64,000 bases of DNA. It comes from an uncultured archaeon (lineage in GTDB: Archaea > Aenigmatarchaeota > Aenigmatarchaeia > Aenigmatarchaeales > Aenigmatarchaeaceae). Shown in pieces: positions 1-8,220 of this stretch (position 1 is its first letter; every line of letters begins with the position of its first letter). The notes beneath the pieces are model-generated. The model saw nothing but the letters and a program-made list of their open reading frames with translations, did no database searches and was not told where the DNA came from. Both the position numbers and the translations under genes were made by a program. The stretch spans positions 43,696-107,695 of the forward strand of contig CAZSPB010000001.1 in assembly GCA_964608725.1 (NCBI GenBank), given 5' to 3'.

Positions 1-584
1 CTTCCTACAGCCTTCATTCCATGATCCGAAATTATCAAAATAAAGTCATCGTAATTTTTAGATTGTTTTGCAATTTTATCTAATTCTTTATAAACTTTTT
101 TCATCTTTTTAGTAATTCCAAAACTTAAGTGCCCAATTGCATCTGCGAGATTAAAATAACTCATCAAACATTCAAACTTTCCAAGATTTTCAAAAAATTC
201 TCTTTTATTCTCTTCATGATTTTTCCAAATAATTTTATCATAATCCTCTATGGTATTTCTATTTTCAAAGTAACCTTTCAATAATTTTCTTTCTAAAGTA
301 TGATTTTCTTGCTTATAAGAAAAGGCTGGAACATCTATTGCTTTAAATGATTTAAAAAACTTGAAAAAAGTTTCTTCTTTCTTTAGTTTAAAGTTCCATT
401 GCCCTTTTACTGGAATTTTCTTTTCCATGTTCTTTCCAGTCAAAAATGAAGCCCATAAAACAACTGTTCTTTCCAATTGAAATTCTGAAATATCTGTTTT
501 GCCAAATTCAACTTGCATCAAATTTTTACAATTAAACTTTTTCACAAGATTTAAATCTAAAGCATCAAAAGCCAAAATTATCAT
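1..584 (-). CDS. Alkaline-phosphatase-superfamily protein (type I phosphodiesterase/nucleotide pyrophosphatase-like). The window start cuts off its C-terminus.
   Basis: Hand translation of the minus strand from ATG (rc) at 582-584 gives MIILAFDALDLNLVKKF...DDFILIISDHGMKAVG, running open to position 1. The N-terminal metal-binding Asp and the SDHGM motif are typical of PF01663-like enzymes. Not in the ORF track because it is truncated. Confidence 0.45.
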   Translation of the reverse strand, partial: MIILAFDALDLNLVKKFNCKNLMQVEFGKTDISEFQLERTVVLWASFLTGKNMEKKIPVKGQWNFKLKKEETFFKFFKSFKAIDVPAFSYKQENHTLERKLLKGYFENRNTIEDYDKIIWKNHEENKREFFENLGKFECLMSYFNLADAIGHLSFGITKKMKKVYKELDKIAKQSKNYDDFILIISDHGMKAVG

Positions 585-601
585 AGAACCACCAAAACTT
601 T

Positions 602-829
602 TTAATCTCTTTTATACCCATGTTTAATGAAAGACCATATTCTTTCGAAAATATAGTAACTTGGTATTTTGACGAAAAACTCTAATATACTAAATTTAAA
701 TGAAAGTTGAAAATTTCCTGTTAAAAGGTAAATTATTAAGGGGGAAATCAAAAATGACTGATATATTCTATAACTGAGAGTTTTTGCAAAGCTTCTTTTA
801 TGAGTTTCGTAAGTTTCCATTAAAATCAC
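602..829 (-). CDS. Small hydrophobic hypothetical protein (75 aa)
   Basis: ORF track. Overlaps the downstream gene start by 4 nt (ATGA-type coupling). Low complexity, no recognisable motif. Confidence 0.2.
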   Translation of the reverse strand: MILMETYETHKRSFAKTLSYRIYQSFLISPLIIYLLTGNFQLSFKFSILEFFVKIPSYYIFERIWSFIKHGYKRD

Positions 830-1698
830 ATATATCCTAAACTTCTCAACCTTCTCATTATTTCTTCTGCTTCCTTATCTTGAGCTCTTCCACTTCTTTC
901 TTCAACATCAGTTGTTTCTAACTCTTCTATTATCTCATCTATTGTGCTTGCTCTTGAATTTACTGGCATTGTGCAAGGTTGACAACCTAAAGATCTAAAC
1001 CTTTTATTCTTCCATCCATAAGCCTTTTTAACGTAATCAGCAAAGTATAATGGGTTTACTGGTATCTTTTCTCTTTTTATATATCTCCAAACATCAAGCT
1101 CTGTCCAATCTAAGATCGGATGGACTCTAACATGAGAGCAATTCGGCCCAAAGTCAGTTTGATACAAATCCCATAATTCTGGTTGTTGCAAAGCTTCAAA
1201 AGGTGCATCTCCTTTTTCTCCTTTTCTCTTTGGCCTTACAAAATGCCACTTAAACTCTTTATCCCTAGGTGAAAAGTGTCTTTCTATGTTTCTCATAGCA
1301 TGCTCATCATGTCTTATTGAAAGGATTAAAGCATCAAATTTATACTTTCTCAAAACCATTTTCAATGTTTCTGTTTTTAATGCTGTGCAACAGTTAAACC
1401 TTGAAGTAACTTCTGGTGACATCCCTTCTTTTAAAGCTTTTTCATTTCTTGCAATTATCAAATTTAAATTCCATTCTTTTGCAATTTTATCTCTAAACTC
1501 GTAAATTTCAGGAAATTTATAACTTGTGTCTAAATGAACAACTGGAAATGGAATTTTTCCATAAAATGCTTTTTTGATTAGCCAAAGCATTGTTGTGCTA
1601 TCTTTACCAGTAGACCACAAAACTCCAATATTTTTAAACCTTGCATTTGCTTCTCTAATAATGAAAATGCTTTTTTTCTCAAGCTCATTAAGATTCAT
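826..1698 (-). CDS. PAPS reductase family / PP-loop ATP pyrophosphatase protein
   Basis: The PP-loop-like motif WSTGKDST appears near the N-terminus (GVLWSTGKDSTTM). Length is 290 aa and it has a C-terminal Cys pair (CQPC). Confidence 0.7.
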   Translation of the reverse strand: MNLNELEKKSIFIIREANARFKNIGVLWSTGKDSTTMLWLIKKAFYGKIPFPVVHLDTSYKFPEIYEFRDKIAKEWNLNLIIARNEKALKEGMSPEVTSRFNCCTALKTETLKMVLRKYKFDALILSIRHDEHAMRNIERHFSPRDKEFKWHFVRPKRKGEKGDAPFEALQQPELWDLYQTDFGPNCSHVRVHPILDWTELDVWRYIKREKIPVNPLYFADYVKKAYGWKNKRFRSLGCQPCTMPVNSRASTIDEIIEELETTDVEERSGRAQDKEAEEIMRRLRSLGYM

Positions 1699-1707
1699 TA
1701 TCTCACC

Positions 1708-1929
1708 TCAAATGTATCCTAAAGCCTTTAGTCTTTGCTTTATTATTCTTATCTCTTTTTCAGTCAGCTTATTCTCTTTAGAAACTTTTCCTGCTACTAC
1801 CCCCCTCATAACATAAACTATGAATTCTGTAACACTAGAAAAGCCTGTTCCTTTAATCATTTTTTTAATTTTTTTGTATAGTGGCCTTGGAATTTTTATA
1901 GTTACCTTATCATTTGACACTCTAATCAC
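1708..1929 (-). CDS. Small DNA-binding protein, possibly ribbon-helix-helix (CopG-like)
   Basis: 73 aa. A beta-strand-like N-terminus (VTIKIPRPLYKKIKK) followed by a helical region. Assigned from length and pattern only. Confidence 0.35.
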   Translation of the reverse strand: MIRVSNDKVTIKIPRPLYKKIKKMIKGTGFSSVTEFIVYVMRGVVAGKVSKENKLTEKEIRIIKQRLKALGYI

Positions 1930-1969
1930 ACTCCATTTGTAGTGTATTTAGAAAGATAGATATTTAAAG

Positions 1970-3463
1970 TTAACCGAAAAATGAAACTAACTTTTTAATA
2001 AAATTCTTGAATTTTTTTACTCCAAACTTATTTGGAAAATAATCAAGTAACAAAAGATCTTTTTCATTTATAATTTTGAACTTGAATAACAAAACAAAAT
2101 AAGAGAGAAAAGCAAATGCTATTAAAATTATTTTTAGGAAAGAATTAGATAAAGAAGCTAGTAACAAAATTATCAAAAAAATTATGTTATTTGGTATTAA
2201 AAATATGCTTCTTCTTGAAATTTTTAATGGTAACACTTTGTTAACAAAAAATATTGATATGCTTATTATGAAAATTTGGGATGTTAAAAATGAGAAAACT
2301 GCTCCAAGAACATCATAAAGAGGAATGAGAAGAAAACACAAAATAATGTTTAAAAGCATTCCGAAGAAAAGGATAAGCAATCTTATTTTTGGTTTGTAAG
2401 CAGAGTAAAGGAACAAAAGAAGTAAGCTACTTATTCCCATTAAGAAAAATGCAAGTAAGTAAGGTGCAAACAAAAGAGATGCTCCTAAAAATTTACTTCC
2501 AAAAAACAACTCTACAAAAAATTTTGAAAATATTGAGAGAAAAATGATGAGAGGTAAAACTATAACAACAATAGTTTTTACTGCTATAGTTAACAACAAC
2601 TTAACTTTCTCTTTTTCTCTAACCCAAAATTCTGAAAAACTTGGAAATATTGCTCCAGCTATTATAGAAGGAATAAAAAGAGTTATCATACCAAAAAGGT
2701 AAGCAACACTTAATAAGCCAACAGAACCAAAAGTTGAAAGAAAACTAGAAATTATTATCCCTCCTTGAAGTATGAAAAAAGATGAAATAGAAGAAAGTAA
2801 ACTGAAAGAACAAAATTTCAAAAAAATCTTCTTATCAAAACTATTTTCTTTTTCAAAACTCATTTTAGAAAGGATTAATGAGTACAAAATTAAACAAGAA
2901 AGGAAGTATGATATCCATGCAAAAACTCCACCCAAAACTTTAAACCCGATAAAAGTTAAGAGTAAGGCTATCAATATTTTTAAACTTGCACTAAAAGAAT
3001 CAACTAAGAACATGCTTTTAAAATTTTGAAACCCTTGAAAAGTTGATTTCAATATTGAAGTCAAAGTGAAAACGAAAATTAAAATTGAAGAGTATTTTAA
3101 AGGTAAGGCCAATTCTTCAGAATTGTAAAGGTTAAGAGCAATTAACTTTGAAAAATAAAATATTAAGAAAGAAATTATTAGAGAAGTTATGATGATAACT
3201 TTTATAGAAAATTTTATTGTTGCTTTTACTTTTCCTTTTTTACCTTTTTTCAAAAATTCTGGTATGAATTTTGGTAAAGCTTCTTGAAAACCTAAGGTTG
3301 AAAATAAGGCTAACCCATTTGAAAAAGAAATTATTGTAAAAAGAATTCCATACTCTTCTTTTGTTAAGAACCTCCCCATCAAAATCCAAAATAAGTAACC
3401 TAAAATAGTAAGAACTAAAGCATCCAAGAAATAGTAAAAAACGTTTGAAACTATTTTTTTCAT
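1970..3463 (-). CDS. Polysaccharide biosynthesis / oligosaccharide flippase family membrane protein (MOP superfamily)
   Basis: 497 aa, about 12-14 hydrophobic segments. The N-terminus and a mid-protein KEEYG/loop pattern are typical of Wzx-like flippases. Confidence 0.6.
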   Translation of the reverse strand: MKKIVSNVFYYFLDALVLTILGYLFWILMGRFLTKEEYGILFTIISFSNGLALFSTLGFQEALPKFIPEFLKKGKKGKVKATIKFSIKVIIITSLIISFLIFYFSKLIALNLYNSEELALPLKYSSILIFVFTLTSILKSTFQGFQNFKSMFLVDSFSASLKILIALLLTFIGFKVLGGVFAWISYFLSCLILYSLILSKMSFEKENSFDKKIFLKFCSFSLLSSISSFFILQGGIIISSFLSTFGSVGLLSVAYLFGMITLFIPSIIAGAIFPSFSEFWVREKEKVKLLLTIAVKTIVVIVLPLIIFLSIFSKFFVELFFGSKFLGASLLFAPYLLAFFLMGISSLLLLFLYSAYKPKIRLLILFFGMLLNIILCFLLIPLYDVLGAVFSFLTSQIFIISISIFFVNKVLPLKISRRSIFLIPNNIIFLIILLLASLSNSFLKIILIAFAFLSYFVLLFKFKIINEKDLLLLDYFPNKFGVKKFKNFIKKLVSFFG

Positions 3464-3471
3464 TTTTCTCC

Positions 3472-4452
3472 CTAATAAATTATATCACTGTCAAATGATA
3501 TTCTCTTGGGAAGAAGCCAAGGTAAGTGCAAAGCTAAAAATCTTGCTAATTTGTCTCCAAGTTTTGAAAAGAATATTTTTGGTTCAAAAAACTCTTGTAA
3601 TTCTTCTTCATATTTTTTAAAATCTGGAAAATTTTCAACCAATATTTCACTTGCTATTAAACCCCACATTATTCCTCCACTAGATAAAGGTTTTGTTAGT
3701 CCTATTGAATCACCACATAATGCAACTCTATCTTTTGCAGCTTTCACTAAACCGTATGGTATAGGTGCTGAATAAACTTTTTTTATTTTCACCTTCTTCC
3801 TTTTACAAAATTTCTTGAATTCGCTTTTGGCAACTTCAGGAAGTTCTAACAAACCATATTCAATTTTTTTACCTCTGGGAATTTTCCAAGCAAACCCATT
3901 TTTTAAAGGAAAAACATCAACTTTTTTGCTTTCATCTTTTTTATTAACATAACAATAAATACCGAGAATATAGTCAGGATCTTTTATTTTAAGTGTTTTT
4001 CTAACTATGGAGAAAAAACCATCACAGCCTATTAAGTAATCAAATTCAATAACTTTTCCAGAAACTAAGACTTGTGGCCTTTTCTTCTTTAAAAAATAAA
4101 CTTTTTTTACTTCACTGTTCAAAAAAATCTTTGCTCCATTCTTTTCAGCAAGACTCGCAACATATTGATCTAATTTTTTTCTATTTATAACGAACATCCT
4201 TGGATAAAAATCAAGAATTACTCTCTTCTTCGGAAAATGTACATAAGCTTCTTCTATTGTGTTCTCTATCAGCTCATTATTCCTTGGAATAAAATCCCAA
4301 ATTCTCTTAGAAACTAAACCTGAGCATGCTTTTTCGCCAATTCTTTTATTCTTCTCAAAAACTGTTACATCGTGTTCTTCAGAAAGCCTCCAAGCTAAAT
4401 AAGAGCCAACTATACCACAACCAACTATACAAACTCTCATATTCCTAACCAA
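3472..4452 (-). CDS. FAD-dependent oxidoreductase, geranylgeranyl reductase family
   Basis: N-terminal Rossmann dinucleotide motif VCIVGCGIVGSYLA. Length is 326 aa, and a GD..G motif sits near the C-terminus (ALCGDSIG). Confidence 0.7.
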   Translation of the reverse strand: MVRNMRVCIVGCGIVGSYLAWRLSEEHDVTVFEKNKRIGEKACSGLVSKRIWDFIPRNNELIENTIEEAYVHFPKKRVILDFYPRMFVINRKKLDQYVASLAEKNGAKIFLNSEVKKVYFLKKKRPQVLVSGKVIEFDYLIGCDGFFSIVRKTLKIKDPDYILGIYCYVNKKDESKKVDVFPLKNGFAWKIPRGKKIEYGLLELPEVAKSEFKKFCKRKKVKIKKVYSAPIPYGLVKAAKDRVALCGDSIGLTKPLSSGGIMWGLIASEILVENFPDFKKYEEELQEFFEPKIFFSKLGDKLARFLALHLPWLLPKRISFDSDIIY

Positions 4453-4481
4453 TATATAGTTTAATACAATATCTATTTTCT

Positions 4482-5300
4482 ATGAATTATAAAATATTAT
4501 TCCCGCTTTTGTTTTTAGTTTTTTGTATGGTATATTTGGTTTACCAAGTAACTACTGTAGGCCTTAATTTAGATATAGATTTGAAAGGTGGTACTCAAAT
4601 ACTAGCAGAATCTTCGAAACCTTTAGATGAGAAGGAACTTGAAAATGTTTTGAAAGAATATGATGCCTCTGTTAGAAGTGCCAAAGGAGTGAAAGCTTAT
4701 TCTATTTTCATAGAGTTTGATGCAAGTATAAATCCTGAAAATGTTATAGAAACTTTAGAAAAAAATGGATACAAATTTGAAGATTATTCTGTACAAACTA
4801 TAGGTCCTGCTTTAGGTAGTGCTTTTCTTCAACAAGCAGTTTTTGTTTTAGTTATAGCTTTCATATTTATGGCCGTAACAGTTTTCATAATTTTCAAAAT
4901 ACCACTCCCAAGTTTTTATCTAATCTTAACTTCATTTTCTGATATAATCGAAACTTTAGTGATAACACAAATTCTAGGAATAAAGCTCTCTTTAGCAACT
5001 TTTGCATCCCTCCTCTTGCTTGTAGGATACAGCGTTGATGATAATATTTTGCTTACAACTAGAGTTTTGAAGAAAGCTGGGGGTGATATAGAAACTGAAA
5101 TTAAAAATACTAGAAAAACTGGATTCACAATGATGGGTGCAACTATAGTTGCATTATTTGCACTTTTCATAATTTCAACATCTGTTGTAATAACTCAAAT
5201 TGCTTCAGTTCTCTTGATAGGTTTATTAATAGATTTGGTAAACAGTTGGGTGTTAAACACAAACTTGCTAAGATGGTATGTTAAGAGGAAGATAAAATGA
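4482..5300 (+). CDS. secF: Protein-export membrane protein, SecF-like
   Basis: 272 aa. The LDIDLKGGTQI motif matches the SecD/SecF periplasmic motif, followed by several TM helices. It is immediately followed by the partner gene, with a 4-nt overlap. Confidence 0.7.
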   Translation: MNYKILFPLLFLVFCMVYLVYQVTTVGLNLDIDLKGGTQILAESSKPLDEKELENVLKEYDASVRSAKGVKAYSIFIEFDASINPENVIETLEKNGYKFEDYSVQTIGPALGSAFLQQAVFVLVIAFIFMAVTVFIIFKIPLPSFYLILTSFSDIIETLVITQILGIKLSLATFASLLLLVGYSVDDNILLTTRVLKKAGGDIETEIKNTRKTGFTMMGATIVALFALFIISTSVVITQIASVLLIGLLIDLVNSWVLNTNLLRWYVKRKIK

Positions 5301-6973
5301 AGGAATTGCTTAAAGAATGGAGAATTTGGCTAGTTATAGTTAGCTTAATAATTGCAATTTACTTGATATCGCCTTTTCCTCAAAAAGGAGTTATAGTCAC
5401 TTACATCTCAGAAGATTCTCCATTTAAGAACAAAATAGAAATTGGGGAAACCATAACATGGGCAAATGAAAAAGAAATAAGCTCTCCTGAAGATTTTTAT
5501 TCTTTTGAAAATTATACTGGAACTTTTAGGTTCATTCATTCTGGAAAATTAGATTTAGTTAATATAGAAAAGCCTGGGCTTGGAATTATTGTAAAAAAGA
5601 AGCCTTTTTCCAATTTGCAGTTTGGTTTAGATTTAGTTGGAGGAACAAGAGTTTTACTAAAACCAAAGGGAAATGTTAGTGATGCCACTATACAACAAGC
5701 TATAGCAACCTTAGAAACTAGAATAAATATATTTGGCTTAAAAGAAGCAACTTTCCAACCTGTAAAAGATGTTGCTGGGAATAGATACATTCAAATAGAG
5801 ATGGCTGGAGGAACAAAAGAAGAGGTTAAAAGTTTGTTGGCAAAACAAGGGAAATTCGAAGGAAAAATTTTGAGAACTATAATTTTCAAGAATAAAACTG
5901 GAAGTATAAAGTTGATGAATAATCATTTAATAGAACTTCTTGATCATGAAATAAAAATAAATGGAACTGTGTTAAAAGAGAATGAAACTTCAAAGCTTGA
6001 AGGGGTTGATTTTCAAGTTTTAAACTTAACTCAAGAAAATGTAACTTTAGCTTTTACAGTTTTTACTGGAAGAGATATTCAATCAGTATGTTTACAAGAT
6101 CAGCCAGGAATTTGTGTTTCAAGAACTATAAGGCAAATGGGAGGGTGGCAATTCAACTTCCAAGTTTTCATATCCCAAGAAGGAGCTGAAAAATTTGCAA
6201 AAGTTACGAATGGGATGGAAGTTATAACTGATCCAAGAACAGGAGAAAAGTACTTAGATGGAAAAATTTCTTTATATCTAGATGAAAAGTTGATAACAGA
6301 ACTTAACATAGCTTCAGAGTTAAAAGGCCAAGCCTATACAACTCCTGCTATAACAGGTTTTAGAAAAACTAGGAGTGAAGCTATAAAAGAGCAATTAATG
6401 CTAAAAAGTATTTTGCAATCAGGAGCTTTACCAACAACTGTTGAAATAGTAAGAATTGATGAAATTTCTCCAGCTTTAGGAAGAGAGTTTTTTGAATCAG
6501 CAATACTTTCAACTTTCATTGCTTTAGTCGCAGTTGCTTGTGTGATTTACTTTAGATATAGAAACTTTAAGATATTATTGCCAAACATCCTTTGGAGTTT
6601 AATAGAGTTGATATTAACTTTAGGTGGTGCCGCTTTGATAAAATGGACTTTAGATTTATCTTCTATAGCAGGAATAATAGCTGGGATAGGAAGTGGAACT
6701 AATGATCAAATTATGATAATAGATGAAATATTAGCTGGTGGTGCAAAAGAAGAAGAAAGATTTTACACTTTAAAACAAAGGATAAAGAGGGCATTTTTCA
6801 TTATATTTGGTTCAGCTGCAACTGTAGCAGCATCAGTTGTTCCTATGATGTTTATTGGAATAGGAGCTATGAAAGGTTTCGCAGTTACCACTCTTCTTGG
6901 AATATTCATTGGTGTTTTCATCACAAGGCCTGCTTTCAGCATAATTGCTGAAAGGATATTAAAGAAGAGCTAA
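5297..6973 (+). CDS. secD: Protein-export membrane protein, SecD-like
   Basis: 558 aa. GLDLVGGTRVLLKP motif, a large periplasmic domain, and six C-terminal TM helices of RND-like topology. Confidence 0.7.
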   Translation: MKELLKEWRIWLVIVSLIIAIYLISPFPQKGVIVTYISEDSPFKNKIEIGETITWANEKEISSPEDFYSFENYTGTFRFIHSGKLDLVNIEKPGLGIIVKKKPFSNLQFGLDLVGGTRVLLKPKGNVSDATIQQAIATLETRINIFGLKEATFQPVKDVAGNRYIQIEMAGGTKEEVKSLLAKQGKFEGKILRTIIFKNKTGSIKLMNNHLIELLDHEIKINGTVLKENETSKLEGVDFQVLNLTQENVTLAFTVFTGRDIQSVCLQDQPGICVSRTIRQMGGWQFNFQVFISQEGAEKFAKVTNGMEVITDPRTGEKYLDGKISLYLDEKLITELNIASELKGQAYTTPAITGFRKTRSEAIKEQLMLKSILQSGALPTTVEIVRIDEISPALGREFFESAILSTFIALVAVACVIYFRYRNFKILLPNILWSLIELILTLGGAALIKWTLDLSSIAGIIAGIGSGTNDQIMIIDEILAGGAKEEERFYTLKQRIKRAFFIIFGSAATVAASVVPMMFIGIGAMKGFAVTTLLGIFIGVFITRPAFSIIAERILKKS

Positions 6974-7025
6974 CCACTCCTAGAAGTTAAATAGAATTTT
7001 CAAGTTTTTTTTACTTTCTTAAATT

Positions 7026-8220
7026 ATGCTTCTCATAATATTTTCAATTTTCATTGGAATTTTAATTGGAATAGTTGCTGGAATACTTCCTGGCCTTCAC
7101 CCAAATAATACTATTCCAATGATATTAAGTTTATCTTTTCTTTTTGGGCCTTTACCTACTGCAATAATTTTAGTAACTTCTGGAATTGTTAATTGTTTCA
7201 TTAATTTCATACCTTCAATTTTACTAGGGGCTCCAGAGGATTCTTCTGTATTGGGAGTTTTACCTGGCCATAAGTTATTGTTAGAAGGAAGAGGATATGA
7301 AGCTGTTAAGTTATGTGTTATTGGAAGTTTTTATGGAATTATTTTTTCTGTGTTAACTTTACCATTTTTTATAATTTTCATTCCATTTTTATACAAAACT
7401 ATAAGGCCTTATATTCATTGGTTGCTAATTATTGTAATAGGATATTTAATTTTGAATGAAAAGAAGAAAGGGATTGCAACCTTTGTTTTCATAATTTCAG
7501 GAATTTTAGGTTTCATTGTATTGAACAATTTTTCAGATTCTGCTCTCTTTCCTCTTCTTACAGGTTTGTTTGGCTTACCTATCCTTCTCGTTTCAATTTT
7601 TCAAAAAAACAAAACTTCCTGAAAAATTTGTTTTTAATGAAATCAAGTTAGAAAGGAAAAAAGTTTTCTCTTGTGTTAGCATTGGAGCTTTAGCAGGAAT
7701 AGTAGCTGGTTTATTACCTGGAATAGGAGCAACTCAATCAACTATATTAACTCAAAACGTTTTTGGAAAAAATAAAGATGAGAGAAGTTTTTTAATATCA
7801 ATTGGTGCAATAACGACTTCAGACATAGTATACTCTATTCTTGCCCTTTTCTTAATAGGAAACCCAAGGTCTGGAATAGCTGTTGGAATATCTAAGTTAT
7901 TAGATGTTAAGCTAATTGAAACTATGATTTTTATTTCAACTATAATTTTATCATCTGGAATAAGTGTTTACTTAACTCTTAAGCTAACAAAAATTTCTCT
8001 AAGTTTTTTGAAAAAATTAAATTACAGAAAACTATGTTTTTCAATCATAATTTTCCTTTTAGTTTTAACTTTCATTTTTTCTGGTTTTGAAGGGATTTTT
8101 ATTCTCACTGTTGCAGTGGCAATAGGTTTAATACCAAATGTCGTTGGTATAAGAAGAAGTTATGGAATGGGTTGTTTAATTATTCCAACTTTGATCTTTT
8201 TCTTTAACTTCTATGGTTGA
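7026..8220 (+). pseudogene. TctA-family (DUF112) membrane transporter, interrupted by a frameshift at an A7 homopolymer
   Basis: Two ORFs (7026..7622 in frame 0, 7570..8220 in frame +1) overlap by 53 nt. Each carries one copy of the duplicated G-L-L-P-G motif (GILPGLHP / GLLPGIGATQ) typical of the two halves of TctA. The overlap contains caaaaaaacaaaac (A7) at about 7596-7602. Confidence 0.5.

Noticed and set aside
1286-1816. ORFs 1286..1504 (+) and 1574..1816 (+) antisense to the PAPS-reductase-like gene. Many similar 60-140 aa antisense ORFs also rejected: 2772..3029, 3506..3775, 4916..5170, 5536..6519, 9019..9225, 10282..10482, 10991..11191, 12852..13124, 13343..13582, 14097..14324, 14668..14889, 15860..16045, 17865..18092, 19009..20755, 21662..22090, 24634..24933, 25787..25981, 26084..26353, 27331..28336, 29117..29335, 32139..32333, 33854..34063, 37275..37553, 39890..40072, 40899..41105, 43517..43747, 44643..45197, 46275..46481, 48421..48645, 49173..49781, 51015..51332, 51837..52058, 53724..53951, 54189..54839, 56668..57875, 59817..60626, 62418..63021.
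   Set aside because: They lie wholly inside longer ORFs with clear homology on the opposite strand or another frame. They are low-complexity (Phe/Ser/Leu/Ile-rich) as expected from AT-rich antisense sequence, and have no motifs.
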